The position numbers were made by a program, and so were the translations under genes. Below, piece by piece: positions 26,090-31,372 of a DNA stretch of 31,372 bases. Numbering within the stretch: the first letter of the stretch is position 1; each line of letters starts with the position of its first letter. Source of the stretch: a virus (lineage: Duplodnaviria > Caudoviricetes); IMG/VR virus record IMGVR_UViG_3300033067_000414, positions 1 to 31,372 of that record; one strand, given 5' to 3'. The notes under the pieces were generated by a model. That model searched no databases. It saw only the letters and a program-made list of their open reading frames with translations, and was not told the DNA's origin.

Positions 26090-27732
26090 TGCCAAAGTAT
26101 ATAGTCACATCGCCAGATGGTCGGGAATATGAAGTAAGCGCCCCAGAAGGCGCAACGCAAGAGCAAATTATCAGTTATGCAAAACAGAATTTTGCCTCCG
26201 CTCAAAAACCTGCATCTGCGTCTTTTGGGGAATCATTTGTTCAAGGATCAATTGTTGACCCGGTTTCAGGCGGGGCACAGTTGCTTTCTAGGGCCTTACC
26301 AGAAAAAGCAGTTAGCGCAATAAATAGATTTAATAACTTTTTGGCTGATAAAACGGGGTTGGTTGCTAAAATACCAGAAGGCGGTATTGATGAATTGGTT
26401 AGGCAGCAGCAAACCGAATATGAAAGCAGGCAAGGGCCAGGTTTTGACGGGGCAAGATTGGCTGGTGCAGTTTTGTCGCCATTAAACATGGCAATTGCAG
26501 CACGCGCCCCAGTTGCGGCATCAGCCGCAGGGCGGGTATTGACTGGGGCTGGCCTTGGTGCTGTGTCTGGTGCTTTGCAGCCAGTAACGTCACAAGATTA
26601 TGGCGAGCAACTCAAAAAAAACATTGGGGTTGGTGTTGCTGCTGGTGGTCTGTTTTCAGGGCTTGGTGAAGGCATTGCCAAGGTTATTAGCCCAAGAGCG
26701 TCAACTAATGCCGACATTAAAGCCATTAAGGAAATGGGAATTACTCCAACAGCGGGCCAATCAATAGGTGATTTTGGAAGCAAAGTCGAGCAACGATTGC
26801 AATCTGTGCCAATTGTTGGTGGGCAAATTGAAGCAAGGCGAGCTGAAAACCTTGAAAAATTTTCAAACGCGATGTTCAACAGAGCAGGTAAGCCAATAAA
26901 ATTTAAAACAGAAAAAGTAGGTTTTGAAGCTGTTCAAGAATTAGACAATGCCGTGAATCAGGCATATAAAACTGCTGTAGAAAAAGCAAAATCTGTTTAT
27001 GTGGACGATGAATTTTTAAATGCCGCTGGTACTTTGTCAAAAATGGCAGAAGAAGTCGCAGACAATGGGGCTGCTAAAAAAGCATTGGATACGCAAATTG
27101 ATTTAATGCTTTCAAAAGTCTCAAAAGCTGGGCAAATTACCCCAGAATCATGGAAGCAATTTGATTCAAAGCTTGGCCAGATTGCAAGAAGCACAGGCAA
27201 TTTTGACTACAAAAATGCAATACGAGAACTTCAAAAAGAGTGGCGCAACGTTGCGGCAAGGTCTAATCCTGAACAAGCGATGCTATTTAAAAATGCAGAT
27301 AACGCATTTAAACAAATGATTATTTTGGAAAAGGCGGCAGAATCGGCATCAAAACAAGATGGCCTGTTTTCGCCGAATCAGTTATATCGAGCATCAAGAC
27401 AATTTGCAAACAGTAAAAGCAGTGTGCGGCAAAAAACGGCACCATTTATGCAAGAAGCATTGGCGGCTGAACGAGTATTGGGGAACAATGTACCTAATTC
27501 TGGAACAGCAGATCGGCTTATGACTGGCGGCCTTGTTGGCGGGGCAGGTATTGCAATAGACCCTACTTTTTTAATCGCTCCTGCAATTGGCGGTCTTGCT
27601 TATACGCCTGTGATGTCCAAAATATTGTCTGGCTCGATTACAAACCGCCCAGGCTTTGCCAAGCCAGTGGCCGAAGCAATACAAAGAACCAGCCCATATC
27701 TTGGTTTGCTTGGCCCTCAAATTGCGGAATAA
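26089..27732 (+). CDS. Ejection / DNA transfer protein
   Basis: 'YIVTSPDGREYEVSAPEGATQEQI' N-terminus; glycine zippers; 'TPTAGQ', 'PNSGTADR'. Confidence 0.65.
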   Translation: MPKYIVTSPDGREYEVSAPEGATQEQIISYAKQNFASAQKPASASFGESFVQGSIVDPVSGGAQLLSRALPEKAVSAINRFNNFLADKTGLVAKIPEGGIDELVRQQQTEYESRQGPGFDGARLAGAVLSPLNMAIAARAPVAASAAGRVLTGAGLGAVSGALQPVTSQDYGEQLKKNIGVGVAAGGLFSGLGEGIAKVISPRASTNADIKAIKEMGITPTAGQSIGDFGSKVEQRLQSVPIVGGQIEARRAENLEKFSNAMFNRAGKPIKFKTEKVGFEAVQELDNAVNQAYKTAVEKAKSVYVDDEFLNAAGTLSKMAEEVADNGAAKKALDTQIDLMLSKVSKAGQITPESWKQFDSKLGQIARSTGNFDYKNAIRELQKEWRNVAARSNPEQAMLFKNADNAFKQMIILEKAAESASKQDGLFSPNQLYRASRQFANSKSSVRQKTAPFMQEALAAERVLGNNVPNSGTADRLMTGGLVGGAGIAIDPTFLIAPAIGGLAYTPVMSKILSGSITNRPGFAKPVAEAIQRTSPYLGLLGPQIAE

Positions 27733-27792
27733 CAAAAGCCAAAAAATTAAACCAAATGCCCTTGCAATAATTAACAAATCATCATTATTCAT
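27571..27792 (-). CDS. Possible small antisense membrane protein (73 aa)
   Basis: ATG at 27792; hydrophobic LLIIARAFGLIFWLLLF fills the 27733-27814 gap; the remainder overlaps the ejection gene 3' end. Confidence 0.35.
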   Translation of the reverse strand: MNNDDLLIIARAFGLIFWLLLFRNLRAKQTKIWAGSLYCFGHWLGKAWAVCNRARQYFGHHRRISKTANCRSD

Positions 27793-27814
27793 ATGTTTTG
27801 AATTGGAGTCCAAA

Positions 27815-28282
27815 ATGATTATAGCCCAATACAAAGACAAAACACACCTATTTAACAGGCTAACATCTTGGTGGACAGAAGGCCCATATTCTCACACTGA
27901 GATACTGTTCAGTGACGGAATGAGCGGCTCGGCATCGTTTAGGGATAAGGGCGTAAGATTAAAACGCATCGAATACAATCCAACCAAATGGGATTTTTTA
28001 GTTCCACCAAACGGGCTAAGTGAAAACCTTGCTAGAGCCTATATTGAATCAAGACTTGGCCACAGGTATGATGTGAAGGGTTTGGCTAGTTTTGTTTTGC
28101 AGAACCTGAAAGACAACGGCAAGCGTGATTTTTGCAGCGAAGTTTGCATGGGTGCTCTTGGCTATCCCGAGTCATGGCGGTACAGCCCAAACCTCGTTAC
28201 GTCAGCACTGCAAGGCGCTGGCTGGAAATTAATCAAAGGAACAGATGTCAAGCATGAAAACGGTCTGCCAATTTTATCATGA
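27815..28282 (+). CDS. Permuted papain-like NlpC/P60 (YaeF/YiiX-like) protein
   Basis: ATG 27815 after GGAG; His before Cys: 'YSHTEI', 'GHRYD', 'FCSEVC', 'SP'. Confidence 0.75.
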   Translation: MIIAQYKDKTHLFNRLTSWWTEGPYSHTEILFSDGMSGSASFRDKGVRLKRIEYNPTKWDFLVPPNGLSENLARAYIESRLGHRYDVKGLASFVLQNLKDNGKRDFCSEVCMGALGYPESWRYSPNLVTSALQGAGWKLIKGTDVKHENGLPILS

Positions 28283-28722
28283 GCCATCCAATGCGTAGAG
28301 TTGACGATAACCCGGAAATTTTTGAAGCAAAAAGAGCAAAAGAGAAATTTGATCATATTTGGAAGGCCGCTACAACATCTGCGATAGTTTCGTTGTGTGG
28401 GGTTGTCGGTTATTTTGGACAACGAGCAATAAATGCGTTTGATGAAATGAGCAAAACACAAGTTTTGCATGCGTCACAAATTCTTGCTCAGGCTCATGAA
28501 ATTAAATCAATAAGCGAAGACATCACGGTATTAAAAGCAGAAATGAAAGGTGCTGCAACACGAGTTGAAACACTAGAAGCTCTTAAAAGAATTGAACAAC
28601 AGTTGACTATAGCTCAATTGCAAGGAAGAACAGGCCAAGCCAAAAACGCTTTGAGAAGCGCAATTAGCAACGAAATAGGAAACACTGAGTCTAATATTTT
28701 TTTTAATCGTTCGCCGAGGTAA
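28279..28722 (+). CDS. Single-TM coiled-coil protein (lysis-associated)
   Basis: One hydrophobic segment, then heptad-rich region; upstream of endolysin. Confidence 0.55.
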   Translation: MSHPMRRVDDNPEIFEAKRAKEKFDHIWKAATTSAIVSLCGVVGYFGQRAINAFDEMSKTQVLHASQILAQAHEIKSISEDITVLKAEMKGAATRVETLEALKRIEQQLTIAQLQGRTGQAKNALRSAISNEIGNTESNIFFNRSPR

Positions 28723-28726
28723 AAAA

Positions 28727-29098
28727 ATGGATTGGTCAAAATATCCAAATTTCACAAAAGGTGAATTTGATTGCAAGCACACTGGGTTAAACGAAATGAA
28801 GCCAGAATTCATGGAAAAACTCCAAGCCCTTAGACTTGCTTATGGCAGCCCGATGCACATCACCAGTGGGTACAGGCACCAAACTCATCCTGTTGAAGCC
28901 AGAAAAGGCAGGTCAGATGGTGAACATACTAGGGGATTGTGTTGCGATGTTGCCTGTTCAAACGGGCTTGATCGATACAGGCTTGTGAAGCTTGCAATTG
29001 AGTTTGGTTTCCATCGAATCGGAATTGCCAAAAATTTTGTGCACATTGGCCTTGGCGGTCAAGGTTTACCAAGCCCGGTAATTTGGGAGTATCAATAA
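28727..29098 (+). CDS. Endolysin, peptidase M15A family
   Basis: 'NFTKGEFDCK', 'ITSGYR', H-x6-D (EHTRGLCCD), 'FVHI'. Confidence 0.9.
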   Translation: MDWSKYPNFTKGEFDCKHTGLNEMKPEFMEKLQALRLAYGSPMHITSGYRHQTHPVEARKGRSDGEHTRGLCCDVACSNGLDRYRLVKLAIEFGFHRIGIAKNFVHIGLGGQGLPSPVIWEYQ

Positions 29099-29490
29099 TG
29101 ATTCAAACGTTAATACCACTCTTAGCACCAATTCTCGGCGGTGTCATTAAATCAAAGTTCCCAGACCCGGCAGAACAGGCCAAAATCGAATCAGAAATCA
29201 ATCAGGCGCTTTGGAACAATGCCCATCAGCTCAATATAGCTGCAACCGAAATAATCAAAGCAGAAGCCGCATCAGAACACTGGCTGGCCGCAAATTGGCG
29301 GCCATTGCTTATGCTTACATTTGGGGCCTTGATTGTTGCAAGATGGTTTGGCTGGGCCGCCCCAGAGTTGAGCGAGGCTGAATACATCAAACTTTGGGAT
29401 ATTGTTCAGCTTGGCATTGGCGGGTACACCATTGGCCGAAGTGTTGAAAAGATCACCCCAACAATTGCTAGTGCATTGAAGAAAAATTGA
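29098..29490 (+). CDS. Holin (3TM / GTA holin-like)
   Basis: TAATG coupling; 'AEAASEHWLAANWRP', 'GIGGYTIGRSVEK'. Confidence 0.8.
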   Translation: MIQTLIPLLAPILGGVIKSKFPDPAEQAKIESEINQALWNNAHQLNIAATEIIKAEAASEHWLAANWRPLLMLTFGALIVARWFGWAAPELSEAEYIKLWDIVQLGIGGYTIGRSVEKITPTIASALKKN

Positions 29491-29503
29491 GTATAATGTG
29501 TGC

Positions 29504-29557
29504 TCACGTCTCCTATGCTTAAACAGCATTTTAAGCCCCTTAACTGGGGCTTTTTTT
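29504..29557 (+). ncRNA. Candidate anti-SD small RNA
   Basis: TATAAT at 29492-29497, GTCTCCT at 29508-29514, hairpin ATGCT/AGCAT, then terminator; no good -35. Confidence 0.4.
29533..29557 (+). terminator. Rho-independent terminator at the convergence of + and - operons
   Basis: AAGCCCC-TTAACT-GGGGCTT running into a T7 tract. Confidence 0.85.
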
Positions 29558-29560
29558 ACA

Positions 29561-29680
29561 TCAAAAATTTTTGAAGATCATCAGAAACCAGTCCGTAAGC
29601 AAACAAAGAAACACAACGATTGAAAAGCAAAAGCCTCCTAACAGCACGACTCCTAAAAACAATTCTAAACAATACTTCAT
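29561..29680 (-). CDS. Small membrane peptide (39 aa), not in the ORF track
   Basis: AGGGG RBS; MKYCLELFLGVVLLGGFCFSIVVFLCLLTDWFLMIFKNF; starts 2 nt after the upstream stop. Confidence 0.6.
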   Translation of the reverse strand: MKYCLELFLGVVLLGGFCFSIVVFLCLLTDWFLMIFKNF

Positions 29681-29682
29681 AA

Positions 29683-29979
29683 TTACCCCTTTGAATAATC
29701 AGGATCAAGAAAAACATTGCCATCACAATCAACAAATTCCGGCCCTAATTCCATTTCCTCCATTGCTTTGGCCACATATATGCCATCCAGCATGAATACA
29801 TTGTCAAACTCTACACATTGTTTATGAAACGGCATAGAGCCCCTAAGATCATTCCATGCCGATCCGGATAACCTGATAACCCTAACCCGAATCGGCTCTG
29901 ATTCTTCCAGCTTTTTTACGCATTCAAGCATGAATAGATCGGGCCTCATTCTGATTTTAAATGTTTCAAGCTGATTCAT
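29683..29979 (-). CDS. Hypothetical protein
   Basis: ATG 29979 after GAAGG; overlaps the upstream gene. Confidence 0.65.
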   Translation of the reverse strand: MNQLETFKIRMRPDLFMLECVKKLEESEPIRVRVIRLSGSAWNDLRGSMPFHKQCVEFDNVFMLDGIYVAKAMEEMELGPEFVDCDGNVFLDPDYSKG

Positions 29980-30454
29980 ATCTTTGCCTTCTTTTTGAGT
30001 TGTTAAATGATATTGTGACATCAAACAATGCATCTATTATGTCGTGTGTTTTTGATTTAATGCTTAGCTTGTTGGCGTATAAATCAACTGTGTTTTTCAT
30101 TGTTTGGCGTTCTGATGTGCCAAAAAAAACATATACTGTATTTTGCATTGCAGGCTTCAACTTTCGATGTTTTGCAAGTTGCTCAATGTCAACGCTAAGC
30201 ATCGGCAGTTCTATTTCATACGGATAGTCGTATTCGCATAAATCTGGCGACCCCATGAGTTGACCTGGTGCCTTGGCCTTCTTGCCAAAAGGACATGGGC
30301 CTATGTATTCAGACTGTTGCAAAGGTTTTAAAACATCTTCACGTGTGCCTTCAAACATGTCCAGAATCTCATTTTCGGTCATGCCAAAAATGCTAATTTC
30401 TTTTTTGTCCAAAATTGCCATAACCAAAAGGCTTGGGCTTAAGTCTTCTTCCAT
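29966..30454 (-). CDS. Hypothetical protein
   Basis: 162 aa; GGAG RBS. Confidence 0.7.
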   Translation of the reverse strand: MEEDLSPSLLVMAILDKKEISIFGMTENEILDMFEGTREDVLKPLQQSEYIGPCPFGKKAKAPGQLMGSPDLCEYDYPYEIELPMLSVDIEQLAKHRKLKPAMQNTVYVFFGTSERQTMKNTVDLYANKLSIKSKTHDIIDALFDVTISFNNSKRRQRYESA

Positions 30455-30457
30455 TCT

Positions 30458-30796
30458 TTACTCCATTGTGTCGTGTAAGTAGACCACCGCCGATTTTGCA
30501 ACGTTTACCAAAAATTCAAGGCTTGCAATGTCCCCGGCTTGTTTGACTGCTCGCCTGTCAACTAACCTGTTGATTTTTGTGGCAAGCAAATCAAGTGCGA
30601 TTTTGTGCGCTGCTGATTGTGTAAACAGAAAAGGCGCATCATTAAGCAATTTGTCGTTTAAAAATGGCTTTGCTTTTTCAACGATTTTTGGCGTTAAAAA
30701 CTGGGTGTAATACGCATCGCACACCAGTTCAAAGTGCATTGACCCAATGCCGCTTTTTATTTCTGCATTGAGGTCACTACGGGTCATTGCAAGCAT
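30458..30796 (-). CDS. Hypothetical protein
   Basis: 112 aa; AGGAGG RBS. Confidence 0.75.
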   Translation of the reverse strand: MLAMTRSDLNAEIKSGIGSMHFELVCDAYYTQFLTPKIVEKAKPFLNDKLLNDAPFLFTQSAAHKIALDLLATKINRLVDRRAVKQAGDIASLEFLVNVAKSAVVYLHDTME

Positions 30797-30814
30797 TTGA
30801 TCCCTCCTAAAAAA

Positions 30815-31138
30815 TTAAAATTTTTTGATTAAATTGTCGCTTGTTATGCAATCAAAATTTAATCTTGAGCCAGCAAACAATATTTGATTTTTGTTTATAA
30901 GCTCTTCGTTTAGCATATCAAATATGCTTTTGCCGTTTAAAACTGGTTTTTTAAGTTGGTTTCGCTTAATTTTAAGGCCATTGTATTTCCAGTCGGCGCA
31001 AAGCATTGACAAATGGAAATGCCTTAACGAGCGATTTTTCCAATAATTTTCTGAATTTTTATCAACCTGCAACTCCATAACAAGTTTTAACTCATCATCT
31101 TTTAAATGAAAAACTGTTTTTAATTGTTCATGAAGCAT
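30815..31138 (-). CDS. Hypothetical protein
   Basis: ATG 31138 after AGGTGG; AT-rich. Confidence 0.65.
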   Translation of the reverse strand: MLHEQLKTVFHLKDDELKLVMELQVDKNSENYWKNRSLRHFHLSMLCADWKYNGLKIKRNQLKKPVLNGKSIFDMLNEELINKNQILFAGSRLNFDCITSDNLIKKF

Positions 31139-31147
31139 AAAATCCAC

Positions 31148-31372
31148 CTAAATGTCGTTTTTAGCTCTCAGTGCATGTTGTATTTCGTTTATCTCGTTGA
31201 AATAATGTTCAATAAAACACATTGCCATTGTTCTTTCCCACCGATTTTTCAAAGCGTCTGCGATTTCTTCGGTGGTTAAATACCGCCATTCTTTTTTGGC
31301 TTCTTTTTTTATGAAGGTTTCAACTGCGCGAAATTCTTTGCAATAAATATTAAATATAGCCTCTGCAAAAGC
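31148..31372 (-). CDS. Hypothetical phage protein, 5'-truncated by window edge
   Basis: Open frame from the edge: ...KKEWRYLTTEEIADAL...IQHALRAKNDI*. Confidence 0.65.
   Translation of the reverse strand, partial: AFAEAIFNIYCKEFRAVETFIKKEAKKEWRYLTTEEIADALKNRWERTMAMCFIEHYFNEINEIQHALRAKNDI

Noticed and set aside
1-31372. CRISPR array, integrase/att junction, IS elements, host genes
   Set aside because: No regularly spaced repeats, recombinase or transposase motifs, or bacterial housekeeping genes were seen.
1-31372. Alternative genetic code (stop reassignment)
   Set aside because: Standard-code ORFs tile the window densely with intact conserved genes.

Overview
The window is about 31 kb of a tailed dsDNA phage genome with podovirus-type morphogenesis genes and no tape-measure or tail-tube gene. 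In order on the + strand: a 5'-truncated lambda O-like replication initiator and its partner gene (1-1248); a promoter-led cluster of small nin/ea-like hypothetical genes ending in a probable 2OG-Fe(II) oxygenase (1386-6020); about 450 nt of densely structured non-coding sequence behind a near-consensus sigma70 promoter (6017-6486); a ParB-DNA methyltransferase broken by an internal deletion; terminase small and large subunits and portal; an adaptor plus tailspike pair sitting between portal and scaffold; scaffold, major capsid, head-tail adaptor, S74-chaperoned tail fibre and nozzle; four ejection-type proteins; and a lysis cassette. A terminator near 29550 meets a convergent minus-strand cluster of small hypothetical genes that runs off the right edge. 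The most notable signal is the non-coding array: an anti-Shine-Dalgarno hairpin, a second long stem, and three tandem tRNA-like modules, one with complementary (kissing) D- and T-position loops. A second anti-SD small RNA candidate lies after the holin. All product calls come from motif recognition and synteny; no searches were run.
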